Below are positions 1 to 9,550 of a DNA stretch of 34,674 nucleotides, one piece after another. Origin of the DNA: Chiloscyllium plagiosum (lineage: Eukaryota); assembly GCF_004010195.1 (NCBI RefSeq), contig NC_057751.1, positions 3,124,251-3,158,924 on the forward strand. The letters are read 5' to 3'. The notes beneath the pieces were generated by a model. It saw nothing but the letters and a program-made list of their open reading frames with translations, made no database searches and had not been told where the DNA came from. The translations under genes were made by a program, and so were the position numbers. Numbering within the stretch: the stretch's first letter is position 1; the number at the start of each line of letters is the position of its first letter.

Positions 1-85
1 TCAGTGCTGAGGGAGCGCCGCACTGTCGGAGGGTCAGTGCTGAGGGAGCGCCGCACTGTCGGAGGGTCAGTGCTGAGGGAGCACC
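1..85 (+). repeat. 33-bp tandem repeat (~2.5 copies, runs off the left edge), Deu-SINE-derived, inside GOT1L1 intron
   Basis: Unit TCAGTGCTGAGGGAGCGCCGCACTGTCGGAGGG starts at 1, 34 and 67 (partial). It resembles the Deu-domain core of shark SacSINE1/AmnSINE-type SINEs (recalled, not searched). Confidence 0.8.
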
Positions 86-311
86 GTGTAAGCATTGGGA
101 TCTTACTGTGCCCCATCAGACTGTCTGGTTTCTCACAGCTGCCCCCTGGGTTATAGAGCAGGACGGGTAGCCTCTGAAACAGCCTCGGTTTGAGCTGGTG
201 AATGGTGTGAAGTTTGTGAAAATATCAGTGACCTCCCCCTCCTGCTGCTGGCCTTACAGGTCTGGCTCTGTCACTCCCCCACCCAGCCCACTCCCTCCCT
301 CCCTCACTCAC

Positions 312-465
312 CCCGCGAGCCCAGGTACATCTTCTCAGGGTGGGGGTCCATGTTGTATTCATCATTATAGACCCGCTGGTTGGACATAAGGCGCAGGGGA
401 GTTTCCTGGAACACCGACAGGGAAGCTGTTCTGTTGACACACTGGCTTTCTGGAGTTATCTCCAT
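312..465 (-). CDS. GOT1L1: First coding exon of GOT1-like 1 (aspartate aminotransferase-like); gene continues beyond the left edge
   Basis: ACCATGG start at 465 translates MEITPESQCVNRTASLSVFQETPLRLMSNQRVYNDEYNMDPHPEKMYLGSR, then a phase-1 donor G|GTGAGT at 311. It aligns with the GOT1L1 N-terminus (LSVFMDVPL...YKQDDYPNKIFLAYR) and GOT1 (SVF.EVP...DPDPRKVNLG). Lies downstream of ADRB3 on the same strand, as in human. Confidence 0.8.
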
Positions 466-684
466 GGTAACTGTAAACAAACAAGCACCAGAGACTGCAG
501 CCAGTCTCAGGGCCTGGCACCTTTGAAGCTCAGCCCCAGAGTGTAGCTGGATGCTAGATTGGGGGGGGGGAGGCAGACTCCCTGTCTCAGTCTGTCCCTC
601 TCCCAGTCCAAAGGCTTCCTCCTTGAGCTACCCTCTCCCACTGGCTGCCCTTGGCCCTGCCCCCTTTCACACCCTCACACTCTC

Positions 685-833
685 ATTGGCTGACCCTTGC
701 TCCACCCTCATCCTGCCCAGACCCAAGCCTCAGCCTCCCATTGGCTAGCTTCCCCAGCCCCCCCCCCTCCACCAGCATGGTTAACCCCCATTGGCCACCC
801 CATTGACCTTCCCCAATCTCCAACTCCCATTGG
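685..833 (-). promoter_or_regulatory. Cluster of CCAAT (NF-Y) boxes, candidate GOT1L1 promoter
   Basis: ATTGG at 685, 740, 790 and 829 (minus strand (A/G)GCCAATG(A/G)G), plus CCAAT at 813, 220-370 bp upstream of the GOT1L1 ATG. Confidence 0.5.
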
Positions 834-2520
834 CTGCCCTTCATGCCCCATGTCAGTATTCTGTGTTTGACTGTCTCTGCCAGTTGTTGTTGTTGGAGTA
901 GTAAGTGTGGGGTGTGGGTGAGGGGAGAGGAAGGTGGGGAGGGTGTTTCCTCAGCACATCCATCTGTCCAGTATACTGGAGGGATCGATTGGCCTCGCTG
1001 CCTTAGGGTGTCCTTGAGCTGTGAGTTCCTGCTGGTTTCTCAGCAACAGTTGATCATCTTTGTGAAGGTGTGTAGCTTTGACTCGCAGGGAGAAGGCTAT
1101 TTCTGGTTTAGTCCTGTGATTCCGCGCCCCCCCCCCCCACCACCTCACTCTGTCCCCCTTACCCCAGCAACCCGACATGCCCCTGTCTCTGTGTGTTGGA
1201 TGGGGAACAGTCTGCTCCTTCTACTGAGGCATCATTGGAAGTGGCTGGGTCTGATGTTGATCCCTTGGTCATGTTGTTGCTTCCCCTGGTGGGAATGCTG
1301 TGGGCTTGCAGGGCGGGAAGTGAGTCTGGGGTCCAGGTAAAAGGCCTGACCCTGAGCTGAACCAGGTCAGTCCCACCTTGGCCTGGTCCCACCACCAGAC
1401 CCTGGGCCCGGCCAGGCCTGGTCACTCAGTCCCGGTATCCTTCCCACACCCACATGAGTTCCTCCGGGGAATTGGCACAGACTCTCTGGCCTGCCTCTGA
1501 TCGACGTAGAGTGTTCCAGGCAGTTACAAATGCTGCTCCCATCGCCATCAAAAGTGCCCCGGCCCATTGTTGCTGATTCGACACCAGCACGTCACCGCCT
1601 CCTGGTGGTGCAGTGGACTACTGCAGCCCAGGTGCAGTGGCTGTCACAGAGCAGTGAGTGGTTGACCCCCCCCACCCTGGCAGTGTCAGTGCAGAGATGC
1701 CGTCTGTCTGTATCGTCTATCGGAGTGTGTGATGGTGTTGTTGATTCCCTGTAGGTGACTGGCTCACTGCTTTCGGATGAATCGTTCCAGCCCCAGAAGG
1801 CGATGAGGTCCCACCAACCCCAGAGTGGGTCACGCGTACTGCTGACCAGGAGTTCCCCTCGCCACAGGTAACACAGCTTGTTCATTCAATCTATTGTATG
1901 CTCGCTATGTTGAGGGGCAGCCCATGTGCCCTTACTCCTGGGATTCCCTTCCTCCACACCCTTCCCCGAGCCCCATCTTCCTTGAATGCCCTGGCTCCCC
2001 CTTGTTCCCACCACCCCAGGCTCCCTGACCCCTCTCTCCCCTCTCTCACCCACTGCCGCTCTCTGCCAGTTCAGAAGTGCACAGTCCTTTTTCAGGCCGT
2101 GGTGAACCCCTGTGCTGTGGACACAGAATTGCAGAAAGCAGTGTTCACCATTCTCCTACCCACAAGGTGGTGTCAGATAGCAGCAGGATCCGATCAGAGA
2201 GAGTCAGAGATTTATCTTCGGGTGTGAGAGGGGGTGACACAATGTGATTGATGGTTTTCGGACAGAAACGTAACACATCCAGGCACTTGGAGAAATGTTC
2301 ATGCTGCTACTGCTGTGCCTGTCTCTTGAGCAGTTTGTGCTGAGGGAGTGCCACCCCGACAGAGGGACCGCCTCCCAGACACACTCTCCCACTCTCATTC
2401 AGACACACCCAGGGAAGAGTGTCTCTCCTTACTGGGACATCTCAGACACAAAGATGCGAAATGTTCTCTTTGGACCTTGTATGCGGTACTCAGAACACAC
2501 AGACAAACAATATACACACA

Positions 2521-2846
2521 GTGTCATAGAGATGTACAGCATGGAAACAGACCCTTTGATCCAACCCATCCATGCTGCCCAGATTTCTGAAATTAATCGA
2601 GTCCCATTTGCCAGCACTTGGCCCATATCCCTTGCCCCTCTAGTTCTGGACTCCCTCACCCCAGGGAAAAGACTTTGCCTATTTACCCTATCCGTGCCCC
2701 TCATGATTTTATAAACCTCTATAAGGTCACCTCTCAGCCTCCGACGCTCCAGGGAAAACAGCCCCAGCCTGTTCAGTCTCTCCCTGTAGCTCATATTCCT
2801 CCAAGCCTGGCAACATCCTTGTAAATCTTTTCTGAACCCTTTCAAG
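2521..2846 (-). mobile_element. CR1 LINE 3' fragment with internal deletion
   Basis: Encodes LERVQKRFTRMLPGL / YRERLNRLGLFSLERRRLRGDLIEVYKIMRG. Near-identical to the copy at 20281-20820 but lacks a segment near 2631. Confidence 0.92.
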
Positions 2847-2874
2847 TTGCTGTGGGGCTGGAGAACTGAGGAAG

Positions 2875-3075
2875 CAGGGTACATTTCCCCATCTAAGTGG
2901 CATGAGTGAACCAGTTGGGGTTTCTTCCCAACAGTCATTGCTGCTGGTCATAGTCAGGGTGACGGAGAGAGGTGGAGGATGTTGCACATTTACAAATGAG
3001 TTTTAGATTCCCATGATCTGTGAGGTTCTGGCCTTTGATCATGCCCAGTCCAGGGAGGTTATTCCCCACCATCTC
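2875..3075 (-). mobile_element. Degraded SINE fragment (family of 22630-22978)
   Basis: GTGAACCAGTTGGGGTTT at ~2907 is the reverse complement of the AAACCCCCATCTGGTT motif in the 22.7-kb SINE. Confidence 0.4.
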
Positions 3076-4039
3076 AGTGACTCCTTCCCCTGTCTCTGTA
3101 TTGCCAGGAGGCTGAGAGAGCAAGGCTCCCAGGATATCAGGAAGTTTCCAGTGAGCATGCTGACTCTCTCTCCTTAACACCTGACACTGTCAAACTTAAG
3201 CCTTTACGCTACAGTCACCAATCCTACAGGAAGTCCTACTGACAGAAATACCCCTGACCCTCCATCTCCCTTCTCCCCCTCCCTGCACAATTGGTGTGGA
3301 GGTTCAGGGCTGAGTTAAAGCTCCTCAGTGAACACAGAGAACTCTTTGGAGAGAAGGTTTCTGGTTAGGTTCCAGGGTGAGGTTCCAGTTCACTGGGATG
3401 TTGTGGAGTTGCAGAACTCCCCAGGGCTCGTCAGGAAGCTTCTGTATCAGGCTTGGGAGCACTCTGTGAAAGCAACTGTGTTGAAGCCAGCTTAATGCCA
3501 AGATCTCTGTGTCATGAACTGCTTTGGAAATGGGGGAGCTGATGTGACCTGGGACAGCAAGCTCCCTGACTGTGGGAGAGAGGAGCAGAGGGGAGGGGTG
3601 GGGGGCAATTTGAGCAAGAAGCTGTTACTGTCTCTCGCGCTGTTCAACAGTTGTCTTTGTGGGTGTGGGTGAGAGGGAGTGGGACTGGGGATTGACTGAA
3701 GCTGTCTTCTCTGACTTCACAACATCCCCCTTTGGTTTCTCTGGTCCTTCAAACACTTAGGACAGTCACTTACCCAGAAAACTTGGTATGAAACTCAACA
3801 CATTAACTGTGCAGAGGTCAAGCTGACATCTTGGGTGGAGTTGATAGAAACAGCCCTTGGTTGGTATGTTGAAGATGGATGTAATATCTGCAGGCAAGAT
3901 TGGAAGGGTTTGGGGCAAGCTTTCAGGTTGTTCTTCTCTGGCAATTTCTGAGTGAGCACAGAATCGAGGACACTGAAGGAACTGTCAGTGTGGTGTGACC
4001 ATTGACTGGACACAAGCCTTAAAACCCTGGCAAAGAACA

Positions 4040-4295
4040 CTCTCTCACTCTCACCCTCTCTCTCACCCTCCCTCTNNNNNNNNNNNNNNNNNNNNNNNNN
4101 NNNNNNNNNNNNNNNNNNNNNNNNNNNNNNNNNNNNNNNNNNNNNNCGCGCACACACTCTCTCTCTCGCACACTCTCTCTTGCACGGGTGGGCATGCATG
4201 TACACATAGGTGTGTGTGCACACAGACGTAGCCATAGCCACACAATAACACACACACTCTCTCTCTCACTCACTCACTCACACACGCAGACACAC
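4040..4295. repeat. CT/CA microsatellite containing assembly gap (N 4076-4146)
   Basis: (CT)n/(CA)n runs flank 71 Ns. Confidence 0.9.
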
Positions 4296-5397
4296 AGATG
4301 AGCTCAGGCACACTGACAAACCCAGCAGGCAGTGTCTGCCCAGTTGGATTGTTTTGACAATAACACTATGTGAGTATGGATCTCCCAGTGTTAGATCACT
4401 GAATGTGTTCCCCATCCCTGAGGACAGGGATCGGACAGGTCTCGGAAACCAGCCTGGACATTGTTTGAGCTCTTTTGGAAGCACTGTTCAGTCGTGGTGT
4501 TTAGCAGGGCTCTGGGTACATGTGTGTTTGGCTTGTCGCTGTGCAGGCAGAGAGGGGCAGTGCAGGAGCTGAGCCAGTGTGGCTGCAAGGACACAGAAGG
4601 ACAGATGGTTCATACAACCCCACCACAGCCCCCCTCCCACCAGCAGCTTCCCTGCTCCATCCTCCAGGCTGCCTGGGATTGGTATGTGCATGTTGGCTCG
4701 GGTTTGGGATCCCCCTTCGAGGTGTTAGTGGGGCAGAAAGACTTCCCCATGAAGAGAGGGATTCAGGCAAATTGTCCCATTGGGAATGTGCTGGGGGAGG
4801 GGGGAGTGAAATGGGGTGCTTCCCAGGGGTAGAGAGGTGGTGTCCTGGGATGGAATGCGTTGCTGGTCATCGTAGTAGGGTTCCTGGGACAGTTACAGTG
4901 AGGGATGCCCCACGGACTCAGACCATCGGAGGGTGTGCAGGGAGATTGACCGAGGGTGCTTGGGCTGGGGGAGGGGTTTGTGTGTGTGTGTCTGTGAGAG
5001 AGTCCTCAGGCTGGGGGTTGGGAAGCTGTTCCCTTTGCCTCCCAAGGTGTGAACCACCGTCCCTATAATCAGAGGACACTGAGGCAATTGTTCCCATCCC
5101 TCACCACCTCCTGGAACTGAGAGGGGGATGGGGGGGTAAGGGTGCCCCCTCCTAAACACAGTGGGAAGTACAAGTGAAAGGGGGAGAGGTTGCGGAGTTG
5201 GGGGGGATGGGTCGGTCGTGGTGGTGATGATGAGCCAGCCAGGGCAGGAACAGTGGGCACGTGGTGCATGCCGTGCCTGGAATGGACCCCTTGCATAAAG
5301 CAAGAAGGCCGTGTTTGTGACTGACTCGGCCTGAGGCCCAGGCGTGCTCCCTCAGACTGCCTCATATCCAGCACTGCCCCCCTCACTCACTCACTGT

Positions 5398-5470
5398 CAG
5401 TACTGAGGGGGTGCCGCACTGTCGGAGGGGCAGTGCTGAGGGAGTGCCGCACTGTTGCCGATGCTGTATA
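5398..5470 (+). mobile_element. Deu-SINE core fragment, two tandem units
   Basis: CAGTACTGAGGGGGTGCCGCACTGTCGGAGGGGCAGTGCTGAGGGAGTGCCGCACTGT, the same unit as 1-85. Confidence 0.7.
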
Positions 5471-6004
5471 TTGTATGTCCTGCCTGAGGACCTATCACCA
5501 TGAAAGCAGGGAGATGGGTGTCAGTAGATCTGGTTTGAATGTTAGAGGAGCATCGATTCGGAATGGACATAGAGGCAGCTCTCTGAATCGGGTTGGCCGT
5601 GACTGGAGCCGCAGGTGAGTGTGGGAGTGCAGGGGCGAGTCCTGGTCCTGAGACAGGACTCTGCAGCAATGACAGGGTCCCAGAGAGAGAGAACCCCAGA
5701 GCTGGGATTGTTCATTCCCTTGACAGTCAGTGTGTGTGGTGTAGCAACACCCCATACCCCTGCAGACAAATCCTGATGATAGAGTGGGGGATAGGGGAAG
5801 GTCGGGTTAGCGGAATAATTTCAGTGTTTTCATCCCAACTGTGTCCAAGTGGCCCTGAGCCCCTCTGAGGTGCGGCTGAGACCACTCCCCACCTGCACCC
5901 AGTTACCCCAGCTCCCCCACAGGACACTGTCCAGTTCCTATTTGCCCCACTCCCCTCCCCCAGGAGGAAACACAGAGCTGACCAAGAACTACTGGAAAAA
6001 TAGC

Positions 6005-6010
6005 TTTAAT
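6005..6010 (-). terminator. ATTAAA polyadenylation signal of ADRB3
   Basis: TTTAAT on the plus strand. On the minus strand it is preceded by an AU-rich stretch (6030-6060) and followed by U/GU-rich sequence, giving a 3'UTR of ~650-700 nt. Confidence 0.55.
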
Positions 6011-6694
6011 GTTGTACGTTTACAGGAGTGACATTATTGTTTAAAAAAATAAGTTATTTACGTGCGTAATGTCCCAGCCAGACCAGCGACGTGCCAATGG
6101 GCTCTCTCTCCATGGAGATCTGGAAAGGGTGTGAGATTTCATGTCTCTCTCCGTCTCAGTCTGGGGTTTAAACGGAGGTCAGAGCCAAGGATGTGAGCCG
6201 TCGCTGTGTTCTGTTCATAATTCTCATTATAATGCCCACGCATCCCCCCCCCCCACCCCACACCCTGAATATACCCCTGTCCCCAATGCAGAATCCCTAT
6301 TCTCTCTCTCTCTCCCTTGTCCCAATGTAAACACCCCCCCCCTCCCCTCAGTGGACAGGGCTGGGGTTGGGGGAGGGAGACAGGGAGCACTGGTGGTGAA
6401 GGCATGTTCTTGTGTTCACCCCCCACCACCCACTGTGCAGGAAACAATAGCCCCTTATCCCCCTCTCTGGTCTCTCTGAGTCTGTCCTGCTCACCCCACT
6501 GGGCTGGGAGGGTCCTCACCCTCTCCTGCACCCCCTCCCCACCACAGTTTGGTCGGGGGGGGGGTAAGTGTGTGATGGGGAGTGGCATTGAACTGGGCAC
6601 AGTGCCCCCCCTCCCCCCGGGCAGTGTCACCCACCCACTCCCCTATCATTATCCCTCCTCCCCCCAGCCCCCTGCAGGCCACTCGCTCTGTCGA

Positions 6695-7714
6695 TCAGCT
6701 GCTGGCTCCCTGGGCGGTGCGTGCTGGCGGCAGGGTAGTGGCTGCCTCTCGGGCCCTGGAGGACAGGGAGAAGGTGGATGGCGGTGGCAGCAGCAGCAGC
6801 AGCTCCCGGAAAGCCTGCCTGTAGTCCGGACTGCGGCAGTAAATAAGTGGGTTGAGTGCCGAGTTGATGTAGCCCAGCCAGTTGGAGCAGAGCAGGAGCC
6901 AGCGGGGTGGGCGCTGGGTGCCCAGTGCGTGAGCCATGTTCACCAGGAAGAAGGGAGCCCAGCAGCCGGTGAAGGCACCCATGATCAGCCCCAGGGTCTT
7001 GAGAGCTCGGTGTTCCCGCACAGGGAGGAGGTGACTGGGACCGCGGCGTGAGGAGGTCCGCGCTTTGCTGCTCTGTCTGCTTGCCTCCAGGAACACCCTG
7101 GAGTACAGCAGCACCATGACCCCCAGGGGCAGGTAGAAGGAGACCACCGAGGACACTGCCGCGTAGCTCCGGTTGGTCAGGAAGTCACAGCAGTCCGGCC
7201 GCCGGTAACAGCGCTGAGCAGCCGGATCGTCCGCTTCCCACCAGCGGTTCATGATCGGGGGGAAGGAGAGCAAAGCAGCGACCAGCCACAGAGCACACAC
7301 CATCAGGCGGCAGCGACCTTTGCTCAGGAAGCGGTGGTAACGGAGGGGACAGCAGACTGCCACGTACCGGTCCACGGCGATCACACACAGGGTATCGATG
7401 CTCGCCGTCACGCTCAGTACGTCCAGGGAGCTCCAGAGCTCGCAGGCGGGCGACCCGAGCGGCCAGCTCCCCCTCAGCACCAGCACAGCCCCCAGAGGCA
7501 CCACCAGCAAACCCATCACCAGGTCGGCACACGCCAGCGAGCTCACCAGCACATTGGGCACGGTCTGCAGCCGCGGCTTGCGGGCTATCGCCACAATCAC
7601 CAGCAGGTTGCCCAGCACCGTGCCCAGGACCAGGGCAGTGAAGAGGACGGCGAGTAGCCACCACTGCACCGAGCCCAGGGGCTCCTGCTCCTGCTCACTC
7701 TCTGAGCTGTTCAT
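6695..7714 (-). CDS. ADRB3: Beta-3 adrenergic receptor (class A GPCR), 339 aa as read; C-terminus possibly frameshifted (alternative stop 6649-6651)
   Basis: Seven hydrophobic segments and beta-AR motifs: [27 protein letters not shown]3.32 (SLDVL), DRY, CCDFLTN, TM5 serines [54 protein letters not shown]-glycosylation sequon at N2. First ATG is 7714 (the track's 7732 start is GTG). The beta-3 subtype call rests on HRAL/GLIMG/PRLQT residues and GOT1L1 adjacency. Confidence 0.93.
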   Translation of the reverse strand: MNSSESEQEQEPLGSVQWWLLAVLFTALVLGTVLGNLLVIVAIARKPRLQTVPNVLVSSLACADLVMGLLVVPLGAVLVLRGSWPLGSPACELWSSLDVLSVTASIDTLCVIAVDRYVAVCCPLRYHRFLSKGRCRLMVCALWLVAALLSFPPIMNRWWEADDPAAQRCYRRPDCCDFLTNRSYAAVSSVVSFYLPLGVMVLLYSRVFLEASRQSSKARTSSRRGPSHLLPVREHRALKTLGLIMGAFTGCWAPFFLVNMAHALGTQRPPRWLLLCSNWLGYINSALNPLIYCRSPDYRQAFRELLLLLPPPSTFSLSSRAREAATTLPPARTAQGASS

Positions 7715-7759
7715 GCTGGGCTGCAGGAGCACATCCAGCCCGTTCTCATTCCCCAGCTC

Positions 7760-7806
7760 TCTCTCTCTCTGTGTCTGTGTGTGTCTGTGTGTGAGAGAGA
7801 GAGAGA
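7760..7806. repeat. Compound CT/GT/GA microsatellite in the ADRB3 5'UTR
   Basis: Dinucleotide runs between the TATA element and the ATG. Confidence 0.85.
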
Positions 7807-7825
7807 GCTGGGAGCCCGCTCTCCC

Positions 7826-7843
7826 TTAAATAGCCCCACGTCA
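7826..7843 (-). promoter_or_regulatory. ADRB3 core promoter: CRE-like TGACGTG + TATA-like TATTTAA
   Basis: Minus strand reads CTGACGTGGGGCTATTTAAGGG; CRE at 7837-7843 and TATA at 7826-7832, ~115 bp upstream of the ATG. Confidence 0.65.
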
Positions 7844-7937
7844 GTGCAGCCAGTCCGAATCACAGCTCCCTCCCCCTCCCCCAGAGCTGTTCCTGCACTG
7901 GCCAGGATACACTCACCCTGCCTCTGTCCCGGAGCCC

Positions 7938-7980
7938 CTGTCTGTGTGTGTCTGTGTGTCTGTCTGTGTGTGTGTGTGTG
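7938..7980. repeat. (GT)n/(GTCT) microsatellite
   Basis: Seen directly. Confidence 0.9.
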
Positions 7981-8589
7981 CACTCTCTCCCTCCCTCCCC
8001 CTGTGTGCTTTTAGAGCTGCCTGTATTCCTGCCTGCCTCTGTCTGTCTGCATCTCTTTCTGGGTGTCTGTGTGAGGTTGAGTGTTTCTGTGAGTGAGTGT
8101 GAGGATGGGGGTGTGGGGCTGTGAGGGGGGGGGGGGTGGGGGGTCGTGTCTTGCCACCCTCTGTTTCCCTGAACAATTGGACAACAGCCTTGCAGCAACT
8201 GCAGGCCATTCCGCCCACATTCCTTCCAACTGTGCTATCCCGTCCAGAAGCGGAACCCGCAGTGAGGGAGGAGGTGGGGGGTGAGGCGGATACAGGTTCT
8301 CCATTTCTCCCCCCCCCCCTCCCCCCCCCCATCCCCCCGGGGAGGGGTGAATGTGTGAAACAGCACAGGGCCAGGGGCTAGCAGAGCTCCATGCCCCGGG
8401 AAGGCTGAGACTGTGTGTGTGTGAAAGGGTAATACTGCAACAACAACACCGAGAGCAGGCTCCCCAAACACCCCCCCCCCCACCCCCACAACACATACCC
8501 ACACACACGGAGGACGTGGAGCAGGGAACAACAAACAAAAACCCCGTCAAAAACAAGGGCCAGCAACGCGGCAGGAAGGGGCGAAGCAG

Positions 8590-8762
8590 AGTTGCGTTTA
8601 TGTAGCGCCTGTCTTTCCCTTAGGTTGTCCCAGTGACGGATTCGGCCTCCGAGTGAGAGCGTGGAGGGGGTGGGGGAAACAAGTCAGTATTTATTGAAGG
8701 CGCCTCCCGATCGGGAAGAGCACGGAGCGAATTCCAGCATAGCAAGATCCCACGAACAGCTG
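8590..8762 (-). mobile_element. Degraded Deu-SINE 3' tail fragments
   Basis: Reverse complements give GGCGCTACATAAACGCAA and GTTCGTGGGATCTTGCTATGC. The second motif recurs at ~95, 9157 and 17170. Confidence 0.55.
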
Positions 8763-9330
8763 TGCGGTCCCAGGGTTAACAGAAGCGGGAGGGAGTTGGG
8801 CTGCTCCCTCTGGTTCACTCTGAGTCAGGGTTTAGCCCACAGTCAGGGAGCTGAGGTTTGTATATACACACAGACCGAGACAGCAAGTGATGTTTCAGTG
8901 AGTGACTGAGGAAGCTGCTTCTCTCTCTCCCTCTCTCTCTCTCTGCAAACCGGCCCCTTCCCAGTTCTATCTGAGAGAGGGGAACAGCCCAGGGGATGGA
9001 TTGAAGAGGCATCCCTTGGGGGGGAAGTGGCGGGGGAAAGAGACATTTCCCACTACCTCCACCCTCGAAGACTGTGAGCAGCTCACATCTCCCGCACATA
9101 CAACGGTTGTCATACAATGCTCAGGTTAGCAGACCAGGCAAAAGGCTGCGCTGCCTGTGGGATCTTGCTGTGCACGGGCTGGCTGCTGCTGCATTACTTG
9201 GCCGTGAACACTGAGCACACCTTGTTCATTCTGTACTCTGTCTCAGTGAACAACACTGCAGTACGGTACAGGAGAGCCCCAGTCAATAATACACTACTCC
9301 CACCCCCACCGACACAGGCACAACACCCCT

Positions 9331-9410
9331 TCCTCATGAAGGGGTTACGCCTGAAATGTCAACTCTCCTGCTCCTCAGATGCTGCCTGACCTGCTGTGCT
9401 TTTCCAGCAC
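9331..9410 (+). mobile_element. Short Penelope-type element with degenerate hammerhead motif
   Basis: CTCATGAAGGGGTTACGCCTGAAATGTC...GATGCTGCCTGACCTGCTGTGCTTTTCCAGCAC; homologous to 21333-21424, 23793-23880 and 33345-33480. Confidence 0.65.
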
Positions 9411-9503
9411 CTGAAGGCTTCCCTTTTTCCTAACCATTCTACTGACACAGACCCTCACTCACAGAGACCCTCACTTGTGCACACATACATGCACACTATT
9501 GTG

Positions 9504-9517
9504 TACACACACACACA

Positions 9518-9548
<31 letters not shown>
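9504..9548. repeat. (CA)n(CT)n microsatellite
   Basis: Seen directly. Confidence 0.9.

Positions 9549-9550
<2 letters not shown>

Noticed and set aside
843..2400. Possible extra coding exons between ADRB3 and GOT1L1
   Set aside because: The frames I translated close quickly and resemble no protein I recognise; no consistent splice chain.
7715..7732. ORF-track start at 7732 (MLLQPS)
   Set aside because: It is a GTG codon; the first in-frame ATG is 7714.
6317..7829. Long overlapping ORFs (6317-7051+, 7185-7664-, 7334-7657+, 7398-7829+)
   Set aside because: Shadow frames of the GC-rich ADRB3 CDS with no recognisable domains.
8100..8490. G-quadruplex regulatory element
   Set aside because: G/C homopolymer runs occur throughout this GC-rich window, so this one is not distinctive without data.
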